A stretch of DNA of 24,000 nt from Paenibacillus sp. GYB003. GTDB lineage: Bacteria > Bacillota > Bacilli > Paenibacillales > NBRC-103111. Made by a program: the position numbers and the translations under genes. The stretch lies in the NCBI RefSeq assembly GCF_036577625.1, contig NZ_JARBDC010000005.1, positions 234,782 to 258,781 of the forward strand, written 5' to 3'. Below the pieces are notes generated by a model. That model worked only from the letters and a program-made list of their open reading frames with translations, did no database searches and was not told the DNA's origin. This document shows, piece by piece, positions 1 through 9,113 of the stretch (positions within the stretch are counted from its first letter, which is position 1; each line of letters starts with the position of its first letter).

Positions 1-131
1 TTGCCGGCGCCGCTGTAGCCGACGATGCCGAAAATTTCCCCTTGGCGGATATGCAGGTTCACGCGGTCGACGGCGACGACGCTTCCTTTTTTCGTATCGT
101 AACGTTTATATAAATCAACGAGTCGGATCAA
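1..131 (-). CDS. metN: Methionine-type ABC transporter ATP-binding protein, N-terminal part (gene continues off the left edge)
   Basis: Minus strand reads TTG start, (M)IRLVDLYKRYDTKKGSVVAVDRVNLHIRQGEIFGIVGYSGAG, which matches the MetN N-terminus leading into Walker A. GGAGGG lies upstream of the TTG. Confidence 0.75.
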   Translation of the reverse strand, partial: MIRLVDLYKRYDTKKGSVVAVDRVNLHIRQGEIFGIVGYSGAG

Positions 132-313
132 CGGTGTCCCTCCAAACGAAATGCCGTAACGTCGTTTGTTGTTCGAATTCGTCGAAAATAGTCGAATAAA
201 ATAAATCATAGCGGTTTGGTCGGAATATGTCAAAGGCAGTATTTTCCTTCGCGCGTTTCGGCCGCGACAATGCGCAGCCCCCGGAACCGGATTCCGAGGG
301 CTGCGTCGACGCT

Positions 314-1036
314 CTATAAAACCTGATCCAGAAAGCGGGCGGCGCGCTCGCTTTCCGGCCGGGCGAAAAACCGTTCCGGAGTCGCCCGCTCGACGAGCGT
401 CCCTTGATCGAGGAAATAAATCGTATTCGCCGCTTCTCTCGCGAATTTCATCTCATGGGTGACGATCAGCATCGTCATGCCGCTGTCCGCGAGTCCGCGA
501 ATCACGCTTAGCACTTCTTTGACCATTTCCGGATCGAGCGCCGACGTCGGCTCGTCGAACAGCATAACGTCCGGCTCCATCGCCAGGCTGCGCGCTATGG
601 CGACGCGCTGCTTCTGCCCGCCCGACAGCCGGGACGGGTAGCTGTCCGCTTTATCCGCGAGCCCGACCTGCGCGAGCAGCTCGCGCGCCTTGACCCGGGC
701 GGCTTCCACGGACATCTTCTTCACCTCGACGGGCGCGAACGTAATGTTGTCGAGCACGGTCATGTGCGGAAACAGGTGAAAATGCTGAAACACCATGCCG
801 ATCCGCCCGCGAATGCGAGCGACTTCGGTTTTCGGATTCGTCAGCTCGATCCCGTCGATGGCGATCGTTCCCGACGTCGGCGTTTCCAGCAGGTTGAGGC
901 AGCGCAGAAACGTCGACTTGCCGGAGCCGGAAGGGCCGATCAAGGCGACGACCTCCCCTTTTTCGACCCGGGTCGTAATGCCGCGAAGCACCTGCTGTTT
1001 GCCGTACGATTTCGTCAAGTCCGTTACGTCAATCAC
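314..1036 (-). CDS. Polar amino acid ABC transporter ATP-binding protein (GlnQ/TcyN-like)
   Basis: 240 aa with Walker A GPSGSGKST, Q-loop, signature LSGGQKQR, Walker B VMLFDEPTSALDP and H-loop VTHEM. Its 5' end overlaps the permease gene. Confidence 0.95.
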   Translation of the reverse strand: MIDVTDLTKSYGKQQVLRGITTRVEKGEVVALIGPSGSGKSTFLRCLNLLETPTSGTIAIDGIELTNPKTEVARIRGRIGMVFQHFHLFPHMTVLDNITFAPVEVKKMSVEAARVKARELLAQVGLADKADSYPSRLSGGQKQRVAIARSLAMEPDVMLFDEPTSALDPEMVKEVLSVIRGLADSGMTMLIVTHEMKFAREAANTIYFLDQGTLVERATPERFFARPESERAARFLDQVL

Positions 1037-2519
1037 TGCGGCGCAGCCTCCTTTCCAGCATGCGGGCCAACGATGTCAGCACGAGCACGAGCACGTAATA
1101 GATCGCGGCGACGAGCAGCAGCGCTTCGAAGGCGCGGAAGGTGCTCGCCCGCACGACGTCGGCGCGGCGCATCAATTCGGTTACGCCGATGACGGAGACG
1201 AGCGAAGACTCCTTGAGCAGCGCCACGAACTCGTTCACCAGCGCCGGCAAAATATGGCGAAGCGCCTGCGGAAATATGATGCGCGTCATCATTTTCCGGT
1301 ACGGGACGCCGAGGGCGATGGCGGCTTCGCGCTGCCCTTTGTCGACCGCCATAATGCCGCCGCGAATCGTCTCCGACAAATAAGCCGCCGAATTGAGGCC
1401 GAACGCCAGCCCGGCCGCCAGCAGGGCGGGAATATCGTAGCCGAGCAGCTGCGGCGTCGCATAGTAGATCAAGGTCAGCTGCACGAGCAGCGGCGTTCCG
1501 CGAAATACGGACGTATAGGCGGTGGCGAACCACTGCAGCGGCTTGACGCCGGATATTTTGAACAGGGAAAGGATCGCTCCCCAGCATAGTCCGAGCAGGG
1601 CGGAGACGAGCGTGAACAGCAGCGTTACATAGACGCCCTTGAGGATATAAGGCACGTATCCGTTCAATACGCGGAAATCGATATTCAAACCGGCCGGACG
1701 TTCGGTCGGGGCCGCATCTTTCTGATCGAACCATTTCGCGACGATTTGCTGCAGCCGGCCGTCTTCTTTCATCTGGCCGAGCACTCGGTTGAATTCGTCG
1801 ACCAGTTCGCTCTGCTTCGGAAACGCGATCGCGTAGCCGTTATCCTTCTCCGCGGCGGGCAGGTAGCTTAAAGCCAGGCCGGGGTTCGCGCGAACCATTT
1901 CGATCGCGACCGCATCCTCGACGATCGCGGCGTCCATCCGCCCGGAGTTCAGCTCTTGAACGAGGTCCGATATTTTATTGAGCTTCTTCAGCTTCGCGCC
2001 CTCGAGCGTCTCCGCGAACTGCTCCTGAACCGAGCCGAGCTGCGCCCCGACCAGCTTGCCGGACAGCTGCCCCGCCGTTTCATAAGCCGCCTCCTTGCGG
2101 GAGACGATCGTATTGCGGGCGGTATAGTAGCCGTCGGAAAACGTTACGCTCTGCCTGCGTTCTTCGGTTGCCGACATGCCGGACATGACAAAATCGACCC
2201 GTCCCGATTGGAGGGCGGCGATCAGTCCGTTAAAGTCCATGCTTGCGATCTCCAGCTCGTAACCGAGCTCGGCCGTTATCGTCTTGGCGATATCGATATC
2301 CATCCCGACGATGTCGCCGCTTCCTTTCGCATCCACGCTTTCGTACGGAGGATAGTCCGGCGAAGTGCCCATCACGAGCTTCTTGGCCGCCTTGGCCGGC
2401 TCGTTCGCCGCCTGGACGGCTTCGGTTCGCATAAACGGCGCGGCCGGTCCGAACAGCAGCAGGAGAAGCGCGAAGACCAGGAGCGGGACGAACGCCATGT
2501 TCATGTTCCTGTTCATCAT
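1029..2519 (-). CDS. Amino acid ABC transporter fused substrate-binding protein and permease
   Basis: Signal/TM-like N-terminus, then a periplasmic-binding domain (KLVMGTSPDYPPYESVDAKGSGDIVGMDIDIAKTI...), then a HisM/GlnP-type permease (EAAIALGVPYRKMMTRIIFPQALRHILPALVNEF). Start chosen at MMNRNMNM after AGAGGA; the ORF upstream to 2786 is probably not translated. Confidence 0.9.
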   Translation of the reverse strand: MMNRNMNMAFVPLLVFALLLLLFGPAAPFMRTEAVQAANEPAKAAKKLVMGTSPDYPPYESVDAKGSGDIVGMDIDIAKTITAELGYELEIASMDFNGLIAALQSGRVDFVMSGMSATEERRQSVTFSDGYYTARNTIVSRKEAAYETAGQLSGKLVGAQLGSVQEQFAETLEGAKLKKLNKISDLVQELNSGRMDAAIVEDAVAIEMVRANPGLALSYLPAAEKDNGYAIAFPKQSELVDEFNRVLGQMKEDGRLQQIVAKWFDQKDAAPTERPAGLNIDFRVLNGYVPYILKGVYVTLLFTLVSALLGLCWGAILSLFKISGVKPLQWFATAYTSVFRGTPLLVQLTLIYYATPQLLGYDIPALLAAGLAFGLNSAAYLSETIRGGIMAVDKGQREAAIALGVPYRKMMTRIIFPQALRHILPALVNEFVALLKESSLVSVIGVTELMRRADVVRASTFRAFEALLLVAAIYYVLVLVLTSLARMLERRLRRSD

Positions 2520-2566
2520 GATGTCCTCTTTCTCTGAGCTGTGAAGTTCAAATGAACATAAGTCCC

Positions 2567-2595
2567 AGTATAAGCGAATCGCGGCGGGATGTGAA
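2567..2595 (-). promoter_or_regulatory. Candidate sigma-A promoter for the amino acid ABC operon
   Basis: Minus strand TTCACA-N17-TATACT (-35 at 2590-2595, -10 at 2567-2572). Confidence 0.55.
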
Positions 2596-2596
2596 C

Positions 2597-2621
2597 AAAA
2601 GGAGCGCCGTACGGGCGCTCC
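2597..2621 (-). terminator. Intrinsic terminator downstream of the APH(6)-like gene
   Basis: Minus strand perfect 8-bp stem GGAGCGCC/GGCGCTCC followed by TTTT. Confidence 0.7.
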
Positions 2622-2662
2622 AAATGTTTCCACGGTCTGCTGTTCGACCTGCCTTACTATCG

Positions 2663-3601
2663 CTACCCGGCGTTCAAAATGGCTTCCGCGAATGCGACAT
2701 CCCGCACGAGCTTCGGGTATTCCCCCGGGGCCGGTCCGTCTTCGGCGCTCCAACATACGCCCATCGCCGTTTCCACGAACACGCACTGCCTCAATATCGA
2801 ATCCGGGATTTGCAGATGATTCTCCAATATGGCGATAACTTTGTTGATTTTTTCGTATAACTCCGGAGTGATTTCATCTTCGAACTCATTCAATATGAAC
2901 CGCGGAACGTCGAACACGGGATCGCCGATGACGCCTTTGGGATCGATAATGACATACTCCCCGCCGGCGCCCAGCAAAATGTTGTCATGGTGAAAATCGC
3001 CGTGAAGCAGCATCCGCCGCGAATATTCGGCCGAAACCGACAAGCAGATGTCGTGCGCTTTCTTCATATACGCATACAGTTCCCGGCAATCGGTCCGCTT
3101 GCTCATGTGATCCGTAATGCTGCCGACCCAACCGGCGTAGGTCGGGTAAAGCTCGGCATCGGCGGGCGGCTCGTGCAGGCCGTTGTAGAGGGAGCTGAAT
3201 ACGGCCATTCGTTTTTCCAGAGAAGTCTCGTCCCTTAGCGGCCGGCCCGGCTGCACCCGCTCTTCGAGGATTACGCCGTTTGCAAGGTCCGCGTCGAACA
3301 GTTTGCAAAATCGTCTGCCGTTATATTGACGCAGCGTATAGAATTCCGTGGAAGCGCCTCCGGAGGAAGAACCGCCGATTTTAAGCACCGCGTCTCCGAA
3401 CCGGTCGGAACGGCACGTTAAGACCAGGTTGGCGGAATAAGAAGGAATAAGCTGAAACGAAGTCAATGCCCATTTGTCGGCATACGTTTCGATGTCCCTC
3501 GACGCTTTTTCGTAAAAAGCTTGGCCGAAGCGGCCCGTAATGCCGTCGATTTCATCTTGCTTGAAGCGGTATCGCTTGTCCGTCACGGTTACGACCTCCA
3601 T
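2663..3601 (-). CDS. Aminoglycoside/hydroxyurea phosphotransferase family kinase (APH(6)-like)
   Basis: Kinase motifs LLHGDFHHDNILLG and VIIDPKGVIGDPVFDVPRFI, plus LEERVQPGRPLRDE; 312 aa. Confidence 0.8.
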   Translation of the reverse strand: MEVVTVTDKRYRFKQDEIDGITGRFGQAFYEKASRDIETYADKWALTSFQLIPSYSANLVLTCRSDRFGDAVLKIGGSSSGGASTEFYTLRQYNGRRFCKLFDADLANGVILEERVQPGRPLRDETSLEKRMAVFSSLYNGLHEPPADAELYPTYAGWVGSITDHMSKRTDCRELYAYMKKAHDICLSVSAEYSRRMLLHGDFHHDNILLGAGGEYVIIDPKGVIGDPVFDVPRFILNEFEDEITPELYEKINKVIAILENHLQIPDSILRQCVFVETAMGVCWSAEDGPAPGEYPKLVRDVAFAEAILNAG

Positions 3602-3635
3602 TCCCCGAACGCGTCGGGAACGGCTTTTTACTGCT

Positions 3636-3663
3636 ATTGTACTCGATACCCGGTATGTAACAA
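3636..3663 (-). promoter_or_regulatory. Candidate promoter of the APH(6)-like gene
   Basis: Minus strand TTGTTA-N16-TACAAT, with an ATACC-C-GGTAT palindrome inside the spacer. Confidence 0.5.
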
Positions 3664-3726
3664 CGGATTGTTTTACTTTAAAAGAAAAGGACGCCCGCGA
3701 GAGCGCCCTTGCCGATCGTTTCGCTG

Positions 3727-4602
3727 TTACAGCTTCAAATCGCCGTCGTACGTAGCGATCGCTTTATACAGCTCCGGCCGGCGGTCGCGGAAAATGCCCC
3801 ATTCGATCCGCTGCGTCTCCAGCTGATCGAGATCGAATTCGGCGACGAGCACCGCCTGCTCCGTCCGGCCCGCCTCCGCGACCATGTTCCCTTGCGGCCC
3901 GGCGATGAACGACGAGCCGTAAAAGTGGATCGTCGAGTCTTCGTCCCGCTCTTCCCCGATCCGGTTCGAAGCGACGACCGGCATCAAGTTTTGCGCGGCA
4001 TGTCCCCGCATGCACATTTGCCAATGATCCTTCGAGTCGATCGAGCTGTCCTGCGGCTCCGAGCCGATCGCCGTCGGGTAAAACAGCAGCTCCGCGCCCA
4101 TCAGCGCCATGCAGCGGGCCGCTTCCGGGTACCATTGATCCCAGCAAACGCCTACCCCGATTTTTGCATAGCGGGTTTTCCAAACCTTGAAGCCCGTATC
4201 GCCGGGATTGAAGTAAAACTTCTCCTCGTAGCCCGGACCGTCGGGAATGTGGCTTTTGCGGTATTTGCCCAGCACTTCTCCGTCCGCGTCGATGACGGCG
4301 AGCGAGTTGTAGCGGGCGTAATTTTTTTTCTCGTAGAAGCTGATCGGCAGAACGACGTTCAGCTCTTTCGCGACCGCGCGGAAATGGTTGACCGCCTTGT
4401 TATGCTCCATCTCCGTCGCGTACACGTAGTAGTCCGACTTTTCTTTCTGGCAAAAGTACGGCGTTTCGAACAGCTCCTGCAGCAAAATGATTTGCGCGCC
4501 TTCCGCGGCGGCTTGTCTGACGAGCGCGTCCGCCTTGCTTATATTTTCGTCGATATTGTCCGAGCAGCTCATCTGCGTTGCGGCCACTTTGACGTTTCTC
4601 AT
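3727..4602 (-). CDS. aguB: N-carbamoylputrescine amidase
   Basis: Nitrilase-superfamily protein: MRNVKVAATQMSCS...ILLQELFETPYF, KYRKSHIPDGPGYEEKFYFNPGDTGFKVW, GVCWDQWYPEAARCMALMGAE. Next to aguA. Confidence 0.93.
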   Translation of the reverse strand: MRNVKVAATQMSCSDNIDENISKADALVRQAAAEGAQIILLQELFETPYFCQKEKSDYYVYATEMEHNKAVNHFRAVAKELNVVLPISFYEKKNYARYNSLAVIDADGEVLGKYRKSHIPDGPGYEEKFYFNPGDTGFKVWKTRYAKIGVGVCWDQWYPEAARCMALMGAELLFYPTAIGSEPQDSSIDSKDHWQMCMRGHAAQNLMPVVASNRIGEERDEDSTIHFYGSSFIAGPQGNMVAEAGRTEQAVLVAEFDLDQLETQRIEWGIFRDRRPELYKAIATYDGDLKL

Positions 4603-4626
4603 CGCTATCGCTCCTCTCTTGTTTGC

Positions 4627-5655
4627 TTATCCGCGCGCCGGCATTTGCTGGGTCGTGCAGTGGACGTTGCCGCCCTCGCGAATGATCGCCATCCCGTCGA
4701 CGGTGCGGATGCGCCGCTCCGGATACAGCGCCTGCAGCGTTTGCTCCGCGAGCCGGTCCGTACGGGCCGCCGCTCCGCCGAATACCGGCAGGATGATGCC
4801 CCCGTTGACGAAATAAAAGTTCAAATAGCTGAGCGTAAGCCGGCTGTCTTCGTATGTCGCCATGGGCGGCTGCTCGATCGGAACGACTTCCAGCTTGCGG
4901 CCTTTGGCGTCGGTCGCCTCCGCGAGAACCCGCAAGTTTTCCTGCGTGATCGCGTAGTTGTCGTCCTCCGGATCGCTGCATACCTGCATAAGCACTTTGC
5001 CGGGAGCGGCGAAGCAGGCGATGTTGTCGACGTGGCCGTCCGTTTCGTCCCCGCTGAGCCCCCGCTTTAGCCAAATGACTTTGCTTACGTTCAAGTACCG
5101 TTTCAGCGCGTCTTCGATCTGCTCCCGCGTCATGTCCGGGTTGCGGTTCGGGTTGAGCAGGCATTCCTCCGTCGTCAGCAGCGTCCCTTCCCCGTCGACG
5201 TGGAGCGAGCCGCCTTCCATGACGAGCGGCGCGTCGAACCGCTCGACGCCGTAATGCTCGAGCACTTTGGGGGCGACCGCGTCGTCCAAATCCCACGGCG
5301 CGTATTTGCCGCCCCACGCGTTAAACCGCCAGTTGATGCCGGCCACGCCGCCGCCTTCGCGCACGACGAACGTCGGCCCGTTATCGCGGAACCACGCGTC
5401 GTTATGCGGAATCGTCAGCACGTCGACGCTCGTCCCGGCGAAACGGCCGCGAATGCGCTCCGCATCGTCCGGATTGGCGATGACGGTAACCGGCTCGAAC
5501 TCGGCGATCGCTTCGGCGATTTGCGCATAGCCTTCGGCTACCCGCTCGTAGTGGTCCGGATAAACCATCGACTGCCGGACCGGCCAGGACAGAAACGTGC
5601 GCTCGTGCTTGGCCCATTCGGCCGGCATCGAGTATTGCATATCGGTAGGGTACAT
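4627..5655 (-). CDS. aguA: Agmatine deiminase
   Basis: MPAEWAKHERTFLSWP, FRDNGPTFVV, GRKLEVVPIEQPP and GGNVHCTTQQMPA are classic agmatine deiminase motifs. Start chosen at MYPTDMQYSMPAEW. Confidence 0.93.
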   Translation of the reverse strand: MYPTDMQYSMPAEWAKHERTFLSWPVRQSMVYPDHYERVAEGYAQIAEAIAEFEPVTVIANPDDAERIRGRFAGTSVDVLTIPHNDAWFRDNGPTFVVREGGGVAGINWRFNAWGGKYAPWDLDDAVAPKVLEHYGVERFDAPLVMEGGSLHVDGEGTLLTTEECLLNPNRNPDMTREQIEDALKRYLNVSKVIWLKRGLSGDETDGHVDNIACFAAPGKVLMQVCSDPEDDNYAITQENLRVLAEATDAKGRKLEVVPIEQPPMATYEDSRLTLSYLNFYFVNGGIILPVFGGAAARTDRLAEQTLQALYPERRIRTVDGMAIIREGGNVHCTTQQMPARG

Positions 5656-5701
5656 GAAGCTATATCTCCCTTTATCGTATGTTGAAGGACAATCTTTAAA
5701 C

Positions 5702-5730
5702 ATCATATACGAAATCGGTCTCGACCTCAA
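5702..5730 (-). promoter_or_regulatory. Candidate sigma-A promoter of aguA-aguB
   Basis: Minus strand TTGAGG-N17-TATGAT. Confidence 0.5.
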
Positions 5731-5765
5731 CGCAAGAAACCTGCCAATCCGTCGGGCGGGACGGC

Positions 5766-5785
5766 AAAAAGCCGCCCTGCGCGGC
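5766..5785 (-). terminator. Intrinsic terminator after the M16 peptidase gene
   Basis: Minus strand GCCGC-loop-GCGGC stem followed by TTTTT. Confidence 0.6.
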
Positions 5786-5847
5786 GCATGGCGGAAGGAC
5801 CCCGCCGGCTGCCGGCATGAGCGGCTTCCCGTTGCGGCCGATCAGCC

Positions 5848-7128
5848 TCAACCGGCCGCTTGACTCTCGCTTCCGCTTTCGCCGCCGGTTCCTCCCGCCC
5901 CCGCGTCGGCCTCGCGGCTCACCTGCACATACAGCATCCGGCTCGGGTCCAAATAGGCGTTGGCGAAATCGAGCACCGCTTCGCTCGTCACGGCGCGAAT
6001 GCGCTCCGCGAAATAGCGCGGATCGGTATTCAGGTCGTATAAATAGCGGGCGGCCATGTTGGCGTTGATCGCCTCCGGTTTGTCCTGCGCGATCAAATGC
6101 CGGCCGGTAATCGCCTGCTGCGCGCGCGTCAGCTCCTCGTCCGGCAGCCGCTCCTTCCGCAGCCGCTCCAGCTCGCCGGTAATGATCGACTTCGCTTCCG
6201 CGAGCCGGAGCGGATCGGTCGCCACGTAGCCGGTGATAAATCCTTCGCTGACCATCGGGCTCATCGTGGCCCACACTTCGTACGCAAGCCCTTTGTCGCC
6301 GCGCACGCTTCGCCAAAGCCGGGACGCCTGCCCGCCTCCGAGCGCATGCATCGCCACATAGCCGGCGTATTTCGCGTCGTCGTACGCATCCGGGCCGTAC
6401 ATGCCCCAATACAGCTGCGCCTGGCGAATGTCTCTCGCCTCGTGGATCAGCTGCCCGCCCAGCTCGTAGGGCCGCAGCTTCCCTAACCGGTATGCGGGTC
6501 CGGAGCCGGCCGGGATGTCCAGCTCGTTCAAGGCGGCTACGAGCTCGTCATGGCGAACGTGCCCCGTCGCCGCCAGCACGATGTTGCCCGCGCCGTAAAA
6601 CTCCCGGTGAAACCGGAGCAGATCGTCGCGCGTAATGCCGGACACGCTCTCCTCCGTGCCGAGGTTGCTCGCCCTCTCCGGATGCATCGCCCGGAGCGTC
6701 CGGGTCAGCGTCCGTCCGCCGAATTCCCGCGGATTGTCGCGGGCGCGATGAATTTCCTCGATAACGACCTTTTTCTCGAGCTCCAGCTCCCGTTCCGGAA
6801 ACGTCGAATGAAACACCATATCGGTCAACAGCGAAATGCCGTCCTTCATCCGGTCGTAAGGCATATACGCGTAATAGCGGGTCCGGTCCGTGCTCGTCCC
6901 GGCGCCGAGATGTCCGCCGTAATGTTCGATATCGTACGAAATTTGCTCCTTCGTTCTCGTCCCCGTCCCTTTGAACATCATATGCTCCAACAGGTGAGCG
7001 ATGCCGTAAGGATAATGCTCCTCGTAATGCCCGCCGGCTCGCACCCAATAACAGAGCAGCGTCGACGACGCCTGCTCGCGATGCTCGCTAACGACCGTTA
7101 GCCCGTTCGCCAAAACCGTTTTGTGCAT
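5848..7128 (-). CDS. M16 family metallopeptidase (insulinase/processing protease-like)
   Basis: HLLEH zinc motif in YGIAHLLEHMMFKGTGTRTKEQISYDIEHYGG. Start MHKTVLANGLTV preceded by GGAGGAAG. Confidence 0.92.
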   Translation of the reverse strand: MHKTVLANGLTVVSEHREQASSTLLCYWVRAGGHYEEHYPYGIAHLLEHMMFKGTGTRTKEQISYDIEHYGGHLGAGTSTDRTRYYAYMPYDRMKDGISLLTDMVFHSTFPERELELEKKVVIEEIHRARDNPREFGGRTLTRTLRAMHPERASNLGTEESVSGITRDDLLRFHREFYGAGNIVLAATGHVRHDELVAALNELDIPAGSGPAYRLGKLRPYELGGQLIHEARDIRQAQLYWGMYGPDAYDDAKYAGYVAMHALGGGQASRLWRSVRGDKGLAYEVWATMSPMVSEGFITGYVATDPLRLAEAKSIITGELERLRKERLPDEELTRAQQAITGRHLIAQDKPEAINANMAARYLYDLNTDPRYFAERIRAVTSEAVLDFANAYLDPSRMLYVQVSREADAGAGGTGGESGSESQAAG

Positions 7129-7334
7129 GCCGCTTCCTCCTTGGCTTCTCCGCAAATCGCCCGCTGCCCGCACGGACCGTAGCTCAGGCTCTATACAGGA
7201 AATTCGCCCAAGGCCGGAAACATTCCTTTATTTTTTCGAAACGCTTGCCGAAAGGGCCGAACGCCAAAAAGGCGAAAAACGGACGATCCCTTTCGGAAAT
7301 CGCCCGTCTCCGCCTTCGAATCTCGCCCGATCGA

Positions 7335-7880
7335 TTAGCGAGCTTGCTTGCTCATCCAAGCGAGGAAGTTGTCGACGACGCCGTCCAAAAATTTGACGGT
7401 AGGCTCGTGGATGAGATTGCCGGCCGCGTCGATTTTTTCGTGAACGGCGCCCACGTACACTTCGTTGCTCGGCAAAAGCGGGGAGTTGATCCCCGGCGAG
7501 AACAAGATTTCGCGCAAATGCAGCTGCGCCTTTACGGTGCCGAGGTTGCCCATCGAAGCGCCCATAATCCAGGACGGCTTGCCGTTCATCACCTTGTCGA
7601 CGCGGGACAGCCAATCGATGGCGTTGCCGAGAACGCCCGGAATCGTGCCGTTGTATTCGGGAGTCACCCACAGAACGGCGTCGGCTTCGGCCACCTTGCG
7701 TTTGAACGCCTTCACTTCGTCCGACGGTTCGTTTTCGATATCTTGATCGTACATCGGCAAGCCGCGCAAGCTCAAAATGTCCAGCTCGAACTTGTCCTTG
7801 TACCGGTTTTGTACGTATTTCGCCAGCTTGTAGTTGTAAGATTCTTTACGGATGCTGCCTACGATTGCAACGACTTTCAT
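7335..7880 (-). CDS. NADPH-dependent FMN reductase family protein
   Basis: Flavodoxin-like fold motifs: MKVVAIVGSIRKESYNYKLAKYV, VLWVTPEYNGTIPGVLGNAIDWLSR. GGAGG SD. Confidence 0.92.
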   Translation of the reverse strand: MKVVAIVGSIRKESYNYKLAKYVQNRYKDKFELDILSLRGLPMYDQDIENEPSDEVKAFKRKVAEADAVLWVTPEYNGTIPGVLGNAIDWLSRVDKVMNGKPSWIMGASMGNLGTVKAQLHLREILFSPGINSPLLPSNEVYVGAVHEKIDAAGNLIHEPTVKFLDGVVDNFLAWMSKQAR

Positions 7881-7930
7881 GATCAGTTTCCCTCCGATTG
7901 GTTTGATTTATATAGAATTCCGGCCGGTTG

Positions 7931-7974
7931 AAAAAAGGCGGCCGGACGTTGCCCGCTTCGCTCCCGCGCCCGGC
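7931..7974 (-). terminator. Terminator-like hairpin in the leader of the FMN reductase gene
   Basis: Minus strand GCCGGGCG / CGTCCGGC stem (one G-U), then CGCCTTTTTT. It lies between the candidate promoter at 8059-8087 and the ATG at 7880. Confidence 0.45.
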
Positions 7975-8058
7975 ATCCTTCGCCTTCGCCTTCCGTAAAC
8001 TGGAACGGCATAAAACGAATCCCAATTTTATAGAGACTGTATTTAAAATATTAACTAT

Positions 8059-8087
8059 ATTTTAGTTAGCAGCATCCGAAAAGTCAA
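8059..8087 (-). promoter_or_regulatory. Candidate sigma-A promoter toward the FMN reductase gene
   Basis: Minus strand TTGACT-N17-TAAAAT. Confidence 0.6.
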
Positions 8088-8186
8088 CTTTTTGCCGCTT
8101 CCGTTTTTTTCATGCCGGCAGGCAGGCTTTCCTTGTCCGATATCGAATCGTTATAGTATTCGCATCAAGATCGGAGGTTTGCGCCC

Positions 8187-9008
8187 ATGATTCCGGAAGG
8201 AAATTTGCAAAGCAATATCGACCGTTTTACCGGCTTCGAGCACGTGTACGACCGTTTCCGTCCGACCGCCCCGCGCCCGGTCATCGACATCCTGACGACC
8301 TATTTGGGCCGCTCCCCTTCGCTTGTCGTCGATGTCGGCTGCGGAACCGGACTGTCGACGTTCGTCTGGCGCGGCAGCGCCGCCCGCGTCGTCGGCGTGG
8401 AGCCGAATGCGGATATGATCGGCCAAGCGAGGGCGAAGCTGGCCGCGCTTGACGGCGCCGGCTCTATATCGTTCGTTCAGGGCTATTCGAACAAGCTGGA
8501 GCTGGAATCCGAATCCGCCGATATCGTCACCTGCTCGCAATCGTTTCATTGGATGGAGCCGGTCAGCACGCTGCGGGAAGTATCCCGCATTCTGCGTCCG
8601 GGGGGCATTTTCGCCGCTTACGATTGCGACTGGCCGCCGACGATTCATTGGACCGTCGAGCAGGGCTACAACAAGCTGATCGAGAAAGCCGACGCGATCG
8701 TCGATCGGCTCGCCGACAAACGCGACAAAGCCGTCAAGCGCGATAAAGAGCGGCATTTGCAGCAGCTGCGCGACAGCGGCGCGTTCCGGTACACGAAAGA
8801 AATCGTGTTTCATAACGCGGAGCAGGGCGACGCCGAACGTTATGTCGGACTGGCGCTCAGCCAGGGCGGCGTTCAAACGGCGCTGAAGCTCGGAACGAAC
8901 GAATTGGACGCCGAGATCGCCGCGTTCCGCGAAGCGGCGGAACGATTTTTCGCCGGCCGGACGCTTGAGCTCCTGTTCGGCTACCGGATGCGTCTTGGCG
9001 TGAAATGA
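8187..9008 (+). CDS. Class I SAM-dependent methyltransferase
   Basis: SAM-binding motif VVDVGCGTGLSTFVW, followed by VVGVEPNADMIGQAR and DIVTCSQSFHWM. GGAGG SD before the ATG. Confidence 0.93.
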   Translation: MIPEGNLQSNIDRFTGFEHVYDRFRPTAPRPVIDILTTYLGRSPSLVVDVGCGTGLSTFVWRGSAARVVGVEPNADMIGQARAKLAALDGAGSISFVQGYSNKLELESESADIVTCSQSFHWMEPVSTLREVSRILRPGGIFAAYDCDWPPTIHWTVEQGYNKLIEKADAIVDRLADKRDKAVKRDKERHLQQLRDSGAFRYTKEIVFHNAEQGDAERYVGLALSQGGVQTALKLGTNELDAEIAAFREAAERFFAGRTLELLFGYRMRLGVK

Positions 9009-9033
9009 TCGGCCGCCGAACTTAGCGCATAGC

Positions 9034-9089
9034 GAAAAAACAAGACTATCCGACGGCGCCCAAACGCCTGCGGATAGTCTTTCGTTTTT
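9034..9089. terminator. Bidirectional intrinsic terminator
   Basis: Perfect arms AAGACTATCCG (9042-9052) / CGGATAGTCTT (9071-9081), flanked by an A-tract and a T-tract between convergent genes. Confidence 0.8.
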
Positions 9090-9113
9090 CGGCCTCCGTT
9101 AGTCGGCCGGCAT

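Noticed and set aside
3709-5070. 453-aa plus strand ORF
   Set aside because: Antisense to aguB and aguA, both of which have unmistakable catalytic motifs.
7248-7296. Inverted repeat CCGAAAGGG/CCCTTTCGG as a terminator of the FMN reductase gene
   Set aside because: Perfect 9-bp arms, but no T-run follows on the minus strand and the loop is ~31 nt. It may be a terminator remnant; not called.
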